A stretch of DNA of 64,000 nt from Balanoglossus misakiensis (GCA_040954595.2 CM082590.2:9946088-10010087), one strand, 5' to 3'; positions 25,001 to 42,117 are shown, counted from the stretch's first letter. The notes: a model not told the origin generated them from the letters alone. Program-made: numbers and translations.

Positions 25001-28000
25001 AGCCTTCGGAAATCCTTCCAATGTTACTTATACATTCAAATGTCTGGCAACACCTATGTGTTATCTATGCAAACTTTCTGCATTAACGTCCACTACAAAT
25101 CTCGACTTTCCAGCCCAAATGACAGGCGTTAAGGTCTCCCCTTTTAACAAGGTAGTGTCTCTGGTACTCTCGTAAAACTACGTGAACTGTGAAAGGTTCG
25201 AATGTAAGCATCTGTGAAACCCGAGCCTATTGTCAGCCCCCGTCAAGGATACGAACTGAAAACTCCAAAAAGTTGCAGACTTGGTGATTAATAGTCGATA
25301 CATGACACATTTATGATCTTGCCAATAAACCGAAATTCTGTCATCTTGTGCTCACGACATTTTCCCTGGTAAATTTCTCACTCTGCCGAAGGAGGGAGGT
25401 GAGAATCGTTCTTCTGGTACACAAACAGACAATTTTGTTTCCTTTGATGTAGATGGGGGAAAACTCAAGTTGTTGGTATTGTGGAATGACAGTGAGTTTT
25501 ATATACCTTGCTGTGTGTTGTAATAAAGATATCAATAAAGAGCGTGGGGATTTGAAGGTTACCAATTAAAAGGGGAATGTTTTACTGTTGTTGTTATATT
25601 GGTGGTTTTCTCGACTGCAAATTTACATGTTACAATGGTACTCAGCGAGTCTCGGATTGAGTTCAGAAGTGGGATTTACGAGGGTGGAGGCGTGTTGAAT
25701 CTGTCTACCCAGGACTAGGAAACTTGGTCGCTGGTTACCGAGAGGCGCGAAAAAATCCGGGCGGCAGAAGAGGAACCACCGGCGCGGTCACAACCAACAA
25801 CGACGCGCAAAAGCCAATCGGAGAACGCGATAATCTTCAGGGATTTTCCGGACCGTACCCCGGTGACTGCATCTTCTACATTTACGACGTTTAGTACCAG
25901 TCTCTGACGTGTCGTTAAAAACGTTGCCCAGGCTGCTGGACACAATCGCCGAGGACTTAAAATTCGAAAACTGAGAAAAGAAATCGGGAGGTAAACGAAC
26001 TTACAATGACGGAGGATCTTCTGAAGCTGGAGTGATTCTTAACTGTATGTCTGGAAAAGAAAAAAAGGCAAAAGAGACCTATGAGGTTTTATAATTCTCG
26101 GATTTGTTTAAGACGGCTGTAAATAAATAATTAGGATAATAACATGATGCTCTGTTTGCGCTACGAATACGGAGACATTTATCACCCCTGATATGTGTGT
26201 GTTACATCATCGAAGGGGTACTCGCACACTGTCGCGGGAGTTGTACAGGGCACGATATATTTTCTTGATATCGCTCGTATATCCAGACCGCAAAGAGCAG
26301 CCAAGAATGTTGCGAACGATCACCTTTTGAAAAGAAACAAGCGTTTAAAACCCCGGGGTGTTGTAAGTGCCATCGACTCTCGACACCCCGGTGAAATAAA
26401 GACGCTCTATAATACAGCTCACAGGGAATCTGCTTTGCAAGGTTTTGTTTTTACGAGTGTTTTGTCCCGTGGCCGTTCTTGTGTCGCATTTCTGGAGTAC
26501 AAAAGATCAGAGATACCGAGGAATGAGAGGAATAATCGTTGTAAACAGAGACCGGTTTATTGCCGCCGTACCGTGGACTGGCCTCAACCCCAGAAACAAG
26601 GAAAGTTCCGACATTAAAAATAGCTCCGTGGGAGAAAGTTGCCGGACAGGCGCAGTGGCGGGGAAAAATCACCGGTATTGGGACAACTTTTCGTTGGTTG
26701 AGACACTGGAGTACTCTGCTGTTATTATAAATTTGAGGATTTTTATTCCGATGTTGCCGGGACACCGAGATTTCTATGAAGGCTGGGGCGTGAAAGTGAC
26801 CGAACTATGGCCTCCGACACTTGCATTTGGTGTACTCGGCCCCGTTCAGCGAATTCTTGTTTTCTTTTGGCGACTCGGATCAAAAGCGGGGAGAAAAATG
26901 ATCAAAAGAATCGCGATGCTGTCTCTGTTATTTACAACGAGTGCACGGAGTATAAAAAAGTGAAGGTACGCTTGTGAAAAATGTACCTGTGTCTTTGACT
27001 ATCAAAGCAAATACCGACGACGATGACGACAGAATTGGTGCGATATGGTCCGACAGAGCAGTGTCCGACAAGACAAGGTAATAATATCAAGAATTTAATC
27101 CTATAACCTACAATTCTGACTTGCCTTCCGACGTTACTTCAGAACTGTATGTTGGGGCTTTGAAAATTAAGTTTAATCAACGTCGGATCACAGTTTATGG
27201 TACACGACAATCGTCTGACGGTTTACAACTCTGATACGCCCATCGTTTTTATTTATTTACTCCGTTTTTCAGCAACAACAAAATTCGCATGAATGTAACC
27301 TTTCGCAGGGAGCCTGAGATATTTTTTGCACAATGTGCTTTGGAAAGAACAGGGAATACAGAAAAAGGTGTGTGAGCTCCATGCAGCTTCGAGCAGTCAC
27401 CATTTACATAACGAGCAAACACTGGTCTATAATAGGAAATCATTGCCGAACTCGTCCATTTTAATTTTGCGTTTAAACAGGACTCGAACTCGTGCGAACA
27501 ATTAATTCTCATATACTTGGAGTAATACATAATCCAAGTAGTATCCTTAGGCTTATGAAGAAACAGTATTTGTCTCGACACATTCTTCGTGTGTTATGGG
27601 TGTTAGCGGGAAGACAAGTCAGCGAATCTACATGTAACAATCACCCCAATATGGCTTTCAGTCAATTTTGTTTGTAAAATATAAAAATATACTCTAATAG
27701 TGGTAAATGTTTGTATGGGTACAGACTATTTATTTTCAAGTTTACCGATAAACTTCGGCTTAGCGCTAGTGCTGGGTTTGTGAATTGGGGGCTTGTGGCG
27801 TTAGTAGACGTCGGTGACGATATGGTTCTGTTTTGAGGAGCGGTGGTTGTGATAAGGCAGGTATGCGGGGTGGGTGGAAGCAATGGCGGCCATTGGGTTA
27901 CACAGACGGGCACCTGGCAGAAAAGACCACAGGCGCACGTCAATTTGAAGAGCCCTGTCAGCGCAAAAGTCGCATATTCACACCGGCTCATCGTACACAG

Positions 28001-29765
28001 GCAACGCAAAAATTCCCGCCGCCAAAATCGTGCGGAAAGTAACGAGTAATAGTAATACCCCGATCAAATATTGAGGCATTTGTTCGTTTACCGGGTAATA
28101 AATGCTAAAGTTCGATCCAGAAAGGGGACAAAATAAGGCCGGGTCATCTTGTTCTGTTATCTGCACCTTTCGTTCTGGGTTCATGACGCGGTATCTGCAC
28201 TCAGATCAGTGTATATTTGATAACTTTCAAAATTTTGGAACAACAATCGATCACTGCGATAGGCAAACCATACAAAGCGGCTCGGGAGGCTGTCAGAATG
28301 TCAACACTTGGGCAGACGACACTTCAAAACGAGGTTGTAACCCATCCATCACGGACTTAAAAAAATGACGTTTCGCAATTATTCTGGCGAGGCCGAATAT
28401 GTTTTGTTTAAATACGAGAAATATCAACGATCGGACTGTGGTAGAGCGTGAGCCCGTGTCGAAGACATGTTTGCGCTCTGGTTAAAATTTGACGGAAAGT
28501 CGACGCAGGGTAAAACGTAGACAAACACAACACCATTCAGATAGAACCACATACGTTGTAAAATCTCTTTTAATTCGCATATGGAAGCTCGGGTTGCTTG
28601 TACACAGCAGATACCTAACCATATTTCCAGTTAAAGATCTAATATCATTAAAGAAATACTCAGAGCTATTTCTTTTTACAGGAAGAGGAAATTCAACAAA
28701 GCACCGGTGATCTAAAACTTCACAATTTTTTTTTGTATGCAGCTGACTGCATTGGTGCTTAGAGGGTCGTGGGGTTATCTCTTGCTGGTTGCACGGAACG
28801 CCTGCTTGTGTATCTCGCCAAACTCCTGGTCAGCAATTCGCCCTTGAACTAAGATCGGGTCGCCATCATACCATAATTGCAACGACTCTACATCATGTTG
28901 AAACCCCTACCCCACCCCACCCTATCCTAACCTAAATTCGGTTGGCTAAGCCTGAACTACAACTGGACGACCAACAACCGCACAAATTTGACAACCATGG
29001 TCTCTACGAGACACAGACATCCAACCAGACCCCAATTTCTTGAACACTGAATAACATCTATCGAGCTACAAATTTAGACTCACAATCATGGCGACCTAGT
29101 TCCACATTTACGACAGAGTACTGATATTATCTTCAATTTCACGATCACATATTATAGCTCTAAAAATACTCTTAAATATTATCATATTTATCAGCTTCCA
29201 TAAGTACTCTATATGCATCATACTGTATAGTCCAAACAAAATTGAAAATATTTAAGTAAATTTCATCTAGAAAATCTCTCATCATTTCGCAGGCTAGGAC
29301 TGTCGTCTGTCAGACAACAAAATATTATAAATATGCAACTGAATATGACAATTTCTATTTTACAACAATGCGTTTGGAAGTTTTAAAAATGATAAGCATT
29401 TTAACAATATGAGAGTAAAAATTAAAAAAAAAATGGAAAGACACTTTGCCAATATATACATTCTAGCCGAATTCAGGTGTTTGACACCAAAATATATTCT
29501 TTTTTTCTCGATGTTGTTTTATGCTGACGCACAGTGACTGAAATTTGGTCAAAAGCGGTTTACTTTGTAACCCAACGAACATTTTACTGTTTCCTCTGCA
29601 GGATAAGTCAATTTTCACGAAAAAAAGACGTTATATCACGTGGTTGCAGCATAAAGTATTTGGTTTTCAACAGTTTTCAACAGAATAGGTTCATAGCGTG
29701 TTCTTTTTATCGCTCTCTCGAAAAAGACCGTGTATTCTGTTTTAGTTTCCCGGGAACGTGCGTGA

Positions 29766-31539
<1,774 letters not shown>

Positions 31540-31999
31540 CGCAGTAATTGTTGCTTCGCATCCATGGGTAGATAACGGTTGACGTTTTCCCGCCGTCGTC
31601 GCTGGCGTCCTTTTCTTTCTTCAGATTCTGTTCATGGGACTCAACGCTCTCCTTATTTCGCTGCGAATTGCAAGTTAGGTCGTAGTGGGACAGGTTTCCA
31701 GCGTGTGCTAAGCTGCGGTTAGTGTACGTATTGTTATTAGCCTCGGTGTAAGGCGCCGCGCTTGGGTAGCTGCCCGGCGTCGTGGTATTGGAAGTGCCTC
31801 GCTGCTGCTGCTGCTGTTGCAGCTCGCTGTAGCTGTACTTGCTATCAGCGCTGTACCCGCCGCTATAGCTGCGATTTTCGGGGATGGAGTAACTCTGCAA
31901 CTGTCGGATAGGGTCATAACTGGCGCTGTACAGACCCACTTGGTTTTGATACTCGCTTTGCCCACTCTGCTGATACGAGTTTAAAAAATATGAACTCAT
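31540..31999 (-). CDS. Hox6: Hox6 exon 1 (SSYF motif, poly-Q, hexapeptide)
   Basis: MSSYFLNS start, a Q6 run (31802-31819) and IYPWMR, followed by a consensus donor. Confidence 0.88.
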
Positions 32000-32009
32000 T
32001 ATTCGGGAA

Positions 32010-32125
32010 GTGATTTGTGACTGGGCCCTCTGCTAAGTGGCCGATATGCTAGGCCCAGACATTTCCAACAATTTATCAACCATGACACCCAAGTAAGAGT
32101 CACGTGATAACGGGAGCCAATCAAA
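32010..32125 (-). promoter_or_regulatory. Hox6 5' leader and proximal promoter
   Basis: CACAAATCAC at 32010-32019, AGTCACGTGA at 32098-32107 and CCAATCAAA at 32117-32125, in the same arrangement as at Hox5. Confidence 0.7.
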
Positions 32126-35100
32126 CGCTATCAGACGACAGCCTGACAATGGGAACCCTACAGATGCACTCGAATTTTGCTACGATACAGGGAATTCAGG
32201 CTGACCTGTCGATGCAGTACTCAAAGTAGCGGATCGTGCCGCTTTTCGGGGCGGTCTAAACAAATATTGCGACAGGGGCAAATATTTACAAGTAGCGGGT
32301 TTCATATAAACAGCTGTAAATAAATTCCCCATGGCAAAGAAGTTCCGAACAAACAAACTTTCACTTGGCGTCCAGCTGTGTTGCGTACCGGCATGCATTT
32401 CGCGCCGATGATTGACAGAACATAGACATGTCTCGAGGCAATGTTGCTCCTTTTCTCGTTTGGGCTTGTACAAGATTTTGAAAAATGATATCCTTTTTGG
32501 CATTCGAGGAGTCAAAAGAAAAGTTTTGATTGTGAATCGGCGACTCTGTCGCCATTTTCGATAGTGGTGGCCATGTATTGGTAATGTTTTTAAAAATTGT
32601 CTAAATTTGATTTCTTTCTCTTTTCTTGTCAAAAATGTGGTTTATGCCCACAGGCGTGAAAACCACGTCCAATATTACAAGAAACGAAAGGTCGTGACTG
32701 ACATTGTAAATCAGCCGCTTAAAACCTCATCTGCGGTACCTACAAAGTCCAGCTCCAAAATGTGATGTTTTTCAAAGAAACAATACATTTTCAAAGACCT
32801 TTTGTAATTGTCGGCCGTTTGATCAGCAAAGTGTGTCGAAAGAACGTCTTGGGCTCTTTACAAAAAGGCATCAATTTTTTTTACCCCAAATACTATCAGT
32901 AGTCAACTATCGTTCACGTGAAGTTGCCGGGGTGCTCGAATATCCTGATTTTGTTCAGTAAATGCCAGCATATTGAGGGAGAAAATTGGGAAAAATCGAC
33001 TGTTCACGATTAAGCCAGACACGATTTGCCAATTCTAAAATCGTGTGCTTAATCCGAGAATTGAATTTCACCGAACGACAAAATGTGGCGAGCGAAAATT
33101 AACACAGCTGCTTAGTCATAAATCCTTCAACTGCACACGATGCATTGATTAGGGACGAGATATGGAAAGTGTGCGACAGCGTTTCATTCATACGTCCTTG
33201 AAATTAATCCTCAGAGATTGCCATCGAGAAAATCAGTCTTAGAACGAGCCAAGCAAGAAAGTTTAGCTGTTGTAAGTACACTAGTGTCGCAAGCGGAAGA
33301 ACGTAGTAACCCGTAAATTGCAAGATCCCATACAAATTGTCGATGACACGGCAATAAAAGGGATGTTTATAGTCATAACACTCATAAAATGATTATTTAC
33401 TAGTGTGAGAGAGGTTTAATTGTCGGGAGATATATGATTCGGGGGAAATGTTCAGATGTACTCAGTCGTTGAGTATTAGCCGTCAGAGTATGCCAAATAA
33501 GACACCTGATTGTCAAGAATTTTCTTTTCTCTCAAATTTAAGCCTGCCGGCCGAGTTTGGATTTTTGTACGCCATTTTGGATTTTTCAAGATGTGGCCTT
33601 TGAGGGATCTTGTCGGGCAAGCTGTCGGCAACTTGAAGGGGTTAGCGGACAAATTGCCGAGAAATGTGTCTGGGGTAAGTACGGTAGATCTTCAGGATTC
33701 TTCCCATGGCCTTTTAGCATTTTTGACCGCGCTTGTCGTTCGGCCGCATTCTTGTTACACAGTCAAATTTACAGAGTAAAACGGGGATATTTTAGACAAT
33801 AATATAGCATCTAGAGTTTAGTAAACATAGCTCTATGTAATATGCTTTCATAACTTTGGGACAAGATTCGCTTTTCAATTTTTTGATAAGTATTTTAAGG
33901 GACGACAGAAAGCTTGTAAATTCCTGGGGGTATCTGACAAGGGCGGCAACTGAGCAAGGAATACCATATGTTAGAAATTTGTGGGTTGACCTAAAACCTG
34001 ACTATATTGATGTAGAGAAAAATATTGAACACCAAAAGAAATGCCAGAAGAACAACTTCTAACGAGTTTACCACAATCCCCATCTGAAAATGGCACACCG
34101 CTGTATTTTTGCTTTTAAGAATCAACCCGTCGTCTTGTCGGATTGTTTTCCATATTTTCCCTTCCCTTGGTAGAAATACGCGCGTACTTTGTACTTTAGA
34201 AACGGAGCTTGTAATGTCAACATAGAGCGGAAAAAAGTCGTTCACCAAATACTTGCTTACACGTGTGTTCTAGCTCTCCACAGAACGTAACATTCCCCAT
34301 AAAACCTAAACTCCGGTACGTTAACGACTGCCCCGTTAACCTACCGAGAATTAATGACAGTTGCTCGTTTTTATGAACCATATTTTCCCGTCCAAACGAC
34401 TTAGCAAAAAAAATTACGACTTTGCTTTTAAGAAAGTTAACATGTATCGGAGTATATAAATCTCAACCGGTAGGGCAGTTTCTCAGTGTTTCTTTACGAC
34501 CGTTCACCGAGCGAAACGGTTGATCGGGCGGAGAGCGCGAATCCGTGTAGGTAAGAAACATTTACAAACTATCGGTAGAATCTAGCCTGCCCTTTACTTT
34601 TCGTCACATCTAGACGTTCTTGATAGAAAGCTGACACCTTTACACGACCCCTGCTCCCGGGTCTTCGTGTGTGAAACGCACGTGCATGTACTTAAATTTT
34701 GGGTGCAAAAATCATAATATTAACCCACTTCTTCCCAAACTAAAACATATTTAGGACCTCAGTTCCATCTATAGATAGTCTAGCTTGTCTGAAACACCCC
34801 CAATTCACGTAAAATTAAATCTACATCCAACAGTTTGGCTGTCTGAACTCGAACCACTATATTCAACGTTTTTAGTCACCGGGTGTGAAAATCGCACGTG
34901 AGGTCACAAAACTGCGCAAAAGAAATTGGTAGATTTTTAGCTTTTCATTTTTAGAGATTTGACAAACGCTTTTTCTAATTGCTTCTCTGCTTTGCAATAT
35001 TTTCTCTTGGGAGACAAGAAAAGTGTCAACAAAACGTAATAAGGAAGGATGTGATCTTTGTAGATAATTTCAAACTAATACTAAACCTGTAAGTCTTTTG

Positions 35101-38100
35101 CCGGATCAGTAAGTTTGTAAACATGACAATATTGCCGTATCCAAAATGTGCCGTCAGAAAGATCGGCTCAACGGCAAAATTCTTCAAAATTTCGAAGATA
35201 TTTTTCGTCGACATATTATGGCACAGGAAATTGGCAGGACAGTATTGTGTACAATTGTTTTGCTGCTTTTCTGTATGTTTTGTAATTTATCTCCGATAAA
35301 TACCACGATTTTCCAGAAACAAATGTCGCTACACCGCAGCATACTCGCGCGCATATACTTGATTGACGCTGACTTATTCACTTTCACATGTCATCTTAAC
35401 ATGGCTCTATGCGACTGAGCAAAAAAACGAAAAATTGCCAACAGCATAAAACAATGCAAGTTTTCTTGTCTTTTAAATTTTAATCCTGTCGTCCAGATCC
35501 AAATTAAATCTCTTAAAATTCTTTTAAAGTGAAGTGTTTGGATTTAAGCAGCGGAACAACAAGGCAATGCTTTTCGGTGTTTTCACTGTAAGATCGTTCC
35601 AGTTATTTGAACTAAAAAAACAACCAGCCGAATCCGTTTTAGGTTAGAGCTTAATCCTAGGTAATGAATGAGAAGATATTACCTATCTAATCCTTAAAGA
35701 GACAAATATTCTATAAAAATCACAGTGATGACGGTTTATTGCAGCATTGCTTAGTAGACGGCAGTATATGAGCAGACGACAGAAAGTAGTTATGTCTGAC
35801 AAGAAAGTGCGCCAACCGATGAAATCTTCACATTGTTGACGACGATACTGATACGAATGAAACGTTTCATTATTCTAAATTTTTAGTGATCATTGATAAT
35901 TTGAAACGATAATTAATTTTACTTTGTTGCATCACTTGCCAACTGACGAAGATGAAGCAAAGAATCGTGCTATTAAACCCCAGTAAAGCAACTGATAGGA
36001 TTTGACATTCGCAAGAAAACAAAATCTTCCAAGTTACATGTACATGCATGTATTTCTTTCTTCGCCCATGGGAAGCTGTATGTACTATTAAACTTCCCTA
36101 TCAGAACACCTATTACCTACTTTAATTTCCAAACCCAATCAGTACTTTTGCGGTCAAGGTGAAGCGATCACTTAAAAGCGACCTCTCTACTACAATGACA
36201 ATCCTTCGTCCGCCATTTTTATTCCCCTATTGACACAATTCAAACGAAATCTCCAAATCAAAGTATTAATCTAAAACCAAAAGCTTACCAACATATCTGA
36301 GATTAAACAAATATTATCAGAAACATGTCATTTTAGTATTAAAACAATTTCTTAACACGTCCTTATCTGTATTAAGTGGACTGCTATGGCCATGTTTGTT
36401 CATATATATCCCATAACTGATTTTAGGCGATATCTATCTGTCGCGCGTGCGAGGGATTTCTACTTTTTCTCAGCAGACGACAGAACCACGTCGACGGTCA
36501 TAAATTTTACAATGGCTGAGGATTTTCAAGAATGCTTTAATAAAATATAGCTCAGTCACTTTTGTTGTCATAAATTTTAAGACAAAAACCGTTCATCAAT
36601 TTTTCACGACTTGAGTCGAGAGCGTTCGCCTGTGAATTTTTCATCGTCTGGTGATCAGATATTGCCTGTTTTATATCTGTACAAATCTTAAATTTCTGAC
36701 AAAATTAACTGTTCAAATTAACATGCGAGTTTTAATGTTAAAACTGCAATTTTGATTTTGTTCGGAATGTTAAAACATTGGACAAGGTCTTGTAACTATG
36801 TTACGTTTCTTGTGTTCGTCAAGACCCAGGAAAACGCTGTATAACAGCTGACAACCACCAAAGCATTTTGTACAATTTTCACGCTTTTTAACGATTCTTC
36901 ACGACTTGAATTTAACTTTTCATGAAATTCCTGTTATTTAATGCACAAGTGCTCACAAATTTCCTAAATCATTACAGGGTTACTGATTATGCATACATGA
37001 AAATCGGTTGCTAAGTACAAGTTTGACGTCAGGAGGATCCTATGAGCCTGGGGTTTCTGATATCCTCGCTAAATCTAAAGTAATGTTACCAAATCGGACT
37101 CCTCTGACGTACACTCGAGTATGACGGTAATTATTCCACGAAAAAGACTTAAATTATCTCCAGTCTGGCGAAAAATTCCTTCAAACTCGTTCTTAGTTGG
37201 CTGTAAAATCCTAGGCAATTGGACAATAAAAGTAAAATCACGCTGAAATCGCACTTTATTATTCCTTGAGTAAAGACTTTCAAGCTGAAGTATAATGACC
37301 AGATTGGATTTTCAAAATGACTCAGATATCTTCCTTGTGTCTGACATAATGTAGACATTTTTGTTTGCTTTCACGTCACTAAGAATCAAGAATTCACAAG
37401 AGAGCTAATTTATGATGATGCATGAAATAGTATATGACAGAGTCTTTGGCAAATATGACAGTTATACAAAACAACCTGATTCCTTGACTCGCAACCGGCC
37501 GACCTAGTTGACACTTTTTGTCGTCTGCTAAATATTTTGATCTAATTCAACTCGCTCACTTATTCTCAATTAAAAATGCACATTCTGAGAGATTACAGAC
37601 ATATGTCAAATGCAAGAATTCTTGTAATGTCAAACATTTTTGACGGATATTTGATTTAGATCACCAAAATTAATTTCCTACGCGCTGCACCTACATAATG
37701 CAAATTCCGGATGTCGTTGACTTGAAAATGTCGGGGCACCGTGGTGATTAGTTATCCGTTTTTTGAGAGAAATACTACTTGCAAAATGCTTAAAGCAAAT
37801 TCAACAAACGTCTTCATTGGTTCTATCTGTAGTTTTTAAATAACCACACATATTCTTCAAAAATGTAGACGGAGATAATAGTTGCATTTCGCATCTTTTC
37901 GCCAACGATATCATTTAAACTTAAAACGGCTGGAACTATACTTTCTAGCTAAGAAAAAGACATGCCTTAAATATTGACAAATTATTCTAGTGTTGAAATA
38001 TCTGTACAAAATCTAAAATACTATATGTCGAGTGATTTTTCCTAAAACGATTATCCCCGACAGTCATCCAAAATGTCAGGAATTTTGTCATTATGTGCCG

Positions 38101-39764
38101 AAAAGATCGGAAATTGATCAGATGGCTATCGTGTGGCTCTGTTGCAATCGGTTTCGGCTGGATAAACGTTCAGGTAGTTTCGATGACTATTTCCCGAGCG
38201 TCTGCCTGATTATCCGGAAAACAAATCGCCGGTTTTCGTTTTGTTTCCGACTACAATCGCTGTATCCTCAATAGTCAGTATTTTTCAAGGCATTTTCTCA
38301 ATGTTGTACGTGGAAAACGACGGTTACTATTTCTTTCGCGCAAAGCATTATGGCGATCCTGGAGAATATGTTCTAGTGTTTTGATTTTACGGACGTCGTT
38401 TGAGAAGATAATGCGATAATTTGAGAGCTAATACATGAGACTAAAACATCGTTTGCTTTTACTGCTTCCTATACTGCCTGGTCATAGTTTAACCTTTTTA
38501 CTACCTGTAGTATCATTCAGTTGGCTTATTCCTTTAACACTTTGTGTCATTCTTTGTATCAGTAAGAGTTGTACAGTGATCATCGTAAAATTTTACGATA
38601 CAAGAAAGAGTGGGCATGGATGTTCTGCAACCCAGAACGACTAGCGGCAAACGGTGTAGCTTCACATATAGGATACTCGGTCAATATAACTTCCTACCAG
38701 GAACAATTTTTTTCACTAAAATCACGACCACCGGACAGAAACACGTGTTACCACTTTCAATTTAAAACTATCCTTTTGATATTCAACAAACAAGGGAAAC
38801 AGTTGTCAAGAGAAATAAACTTATTGCGGGCGCCTCGGCCAAAGGCCTGCTACCATACCTGTTGTTCGTCATTGTAACTTCGGTTAAATTAAGACTGGCA
38901 ATTGGCGCTGCGTAATCGCCTTGGAAACGTGTGTACTTGCTCTGATAATACAAATGGCTGTGATTGAACGGTGATATTTGTGAGCGGTATCCTTTGATGG
39001 TGTTATTTCGAGGATAACCCTTTAACACAGAGAGCGATACACTTAATGTTAAGTAATTGCAGGCAACTAGACTACCCAGTTTGAACAAGAAGCATACGAA
39101 CAAGCCTGTGTGTTAGTTTGTCTATCTGTCTTTGAGAAACCTCACTGTAGCCGTTTAAATCACCAGCGTCAAACATTGTTTCAAAATTTTGTCTCGTTGT
39201 AAGCGACTATGACCGACGAAGATTTTCAAAGTTGGGTGTTACTATATATAAGTCCGAGTCAAATTCTTTTGTTTTCAAGCCTCCTCTGTCAGCGAGACAG
39301 GTGTATTGCGCCCTCATACCTGTTGTGACGTCATAATTTCATACGTTCGAGCCCTGTGATTGATTGCATTACAGATTATGTAGTTATCTGAAGTATTACA
39401 TTTCGAGTGGCTTTTGTTCATCACAAATAATTTGATGGGTAAAAAGTAAATATACCAATCATTTTTAAAGAAGCGCCAGATAATGTTGTGGCTCAGATTT
39501 GTGTGATAAAGACGTATTGACATCAAAATAGCAGTTTATTTCTATGACAACCAAGGTAAGGGGGAAATGCAGATCATTTTAGCGCACAACTTTGATTAAA
39601 TTTGGGAATGATTAAGTGGGATACAGAAAGTGCGGAAGAGACTCTTTCAATATTTCCTTTTTTGACGAAGATGAAAACAATGTAGCCAGGAAGGCATTAG
39701 TTAAGTGGTGCGCAGTGGAGTGTGGAGACCTCTGCAGGTGTTCGACAGGTCACAATTGGTTTCT

Positions 39765-39795
39765 GAGAGAGAGAGAGAGAGAGAGACAGAGGACA

Positions 39796-39846
<51 letters not shown>

Positions 39847-39863
39847 TGAGTGAGTGAGTGAGT

Positions 39864-39896
<33 letters not shown>

Positions 39897-40080
39897 TGAG
39901 TGAGTGAGAGAGTGAGTGAGAGAGAGAGATGATAGAGAGGGGGGAGAGAGAGAGATAAAAGAGAGAGAGAGATAAAAGAGAGAGAGAAGAGAAAGAGAGA
40001 GAGACAGAGAGAGAGACAGAGGGGAAGAGAGTGAGGGAGGAATAGGGAGAGAGAAAGGGAGAGGGAGAGTGACAGAGAGA
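39765..40080. repeat. Long (GA)n/(GAGT)n purine-rich microsatellite
   Basis: About 315 nt of nearly pure purine repeat on the plus strand. Confidence 0.97.
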
Positions 40081-42117
40081 TGCTTGGAAAACAAACAAGT
40101 CAACCAAGGGAGTGAAACTTTGTACACTACAACCCATGCGTACCAGGCTTCATTGTAATCATCACATTATAAAAAAAACAAAGAAGTGACGCTGTTGCGT
40201 TGAACCAGCAACGCATCTCAAACCACTTAAAGCTTCTGTATAAACGAAAGGTGAAACATATTAATCCAACTTTATCGGCCCTTCTATAAGTAGTCGCGGA
40301 GATTTATATTATGTGTAAAAATAGCTGAATCTCACAAACTAAGGATATTTATGGGTTCTAAAAATAACTTGCTTTTACTGTATGCAAATACTGTCGCGCG
40401 GCACTGGTCTCGGAATTTCTTTCCTCGAGTCATTGTCGGTTACTTTTTCGCGTTTCACTCATTTTATATCTGACATATTAGTTGTATTTGAAACGCGGGA
40501 GAGATGAGAACAATTACAAACAGATTTCGCGGCACTAGGGGAGGCGGATTGACTAAAATGTAAAAAGGTGAAAACTCCTCTGCAGTACATCCGGTGCGAA
40601 GAATAAATTGCTTTTGTACAGTGTACAGAAATTACCAAAGCATCGAGCAGTCTGGCGCCAAGCGTTTCAATCAGTTGCTACATTTTAGTCATTTGCGTCG
40701 CCCACTGTCACGTTCAACACGTCTCAGTTGGTTCCGCCAAACCCGGAACCTCAACACAGCTTGGATTTTAAAACCTTCAAGAAAAACCAAAGAAGTCGAT
40801 GCGCAAACCAAAAAAATATCACCTGCGAATTTTATGTGCGTCGATTTTATGTTACAGTACACATTTCGGCGACTACAGACTACCACTACTCATCATCAAA
40901 CTGATTTTCTTTTTCCCGCCCAAACAACAATGACGTCCTTCAATGTTTACACACAACAGCTGTTTGCAATCGTCTGCTCTTCTGATCTCTCGCACATTCT
41001 GACTCGCTGTCCAATGTTTCTAATGATTTCTGACTGTACAACTGTCTCTTTCTGTCTTTCTTGTTCAAATGGAATACAGATGAAGTCTTCATGTAGAATG
41101 TTAATATTGCATCATCATAATCCTGGAAACCCTTTTCTGGAATATTATCTAAATGTTTTAAAAAACTGGATTTCAATTTAATAAATCAGAATCGTGTGTC
41201 TGACTCTCTTGATATGACTAACCTGGCCATAAGCACTTTGATTATTTTAGTTTTGGAAGCTGTTTGTCTTTTCTTCCCAACTTTCACTGGTGATGACGAT
41301 ATTGGTCAAAGTACGGTAATATTAGGACCGCCGATTGAATTGAAGGGTGGGCCTGAATACCAATCGGTATATGTCTGCGGTGGCCAGTGGTTTATTTTTT
41401 GCAGCCGGTCACACGAGTGACAGAACGGCTACGAAAATAGCAAGAATCAGACAACGGGGTTCCCGCCTTTTTTGCTTTTGTGTCGTTCGTTGAAGAGAAC
41501 AGGATATTGCGCCTGCTTTACAAAAGACAGAACTACTATTTTTAACACCGAGCCTTTGTTACACCAGTCTGCAGATGACGACATTATAATATGTGGCCCA
41601 AGGCCAGATTTTTTTTGAACGTTGTAGAAACTTTTGTTTCACCGACAATAAATATTATTAATGTGGTACTTTCAGGGAAAAAATTCGCTTGCGCTCATTT
41701 AATGAAATTGATAATATTTGCTCAGCTTTGTGGCCAGTGTTTGAATAATATCATTGAGTCTTAGTGGCTATAAAGTATTCATTAACGAGGCTATTTTCGT
41801 ACTGGGGCGTGCGTTGTTTACATTGGGTTTGTAAGATGAAATAAGTCTTTATTTAGTAATAAATTCGAGCAGGTGCTAATTGAGCTAAGTCAATTTAATC
41901 TGAAGATACTAAATTATCTTGCCTCAAAGCATGACCTGCCCCTTCGATCTGTGTGTCATCACAACCTTCTGTCTGTTTTCTAGCAGTCGAAATCTCTGTA
42001 TTTCTCTGTGTGTACAATCAATAACAATGGGATCTTTGTACTATTTGTTTTGAATCACTATTTCACTCTCAATGGCCTTGTAAATACAATCGTCGCAAAA
42101 AGATTATAATTATTCAG

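Noticed and set aside
26195-26963. Plus-strand ORFs of 140 and 172 aa
   Set aside because: Non-ATG starts, no recognisable domain, and overlapping frames in a GC-elevated region.
40594-41420. 195-aa ORF and a possible decayed transposon frame on the minus strand
   Set aside because: No RT, integrase or transposase motif recognised. A translated search against Dfam/Repbase would be needed.
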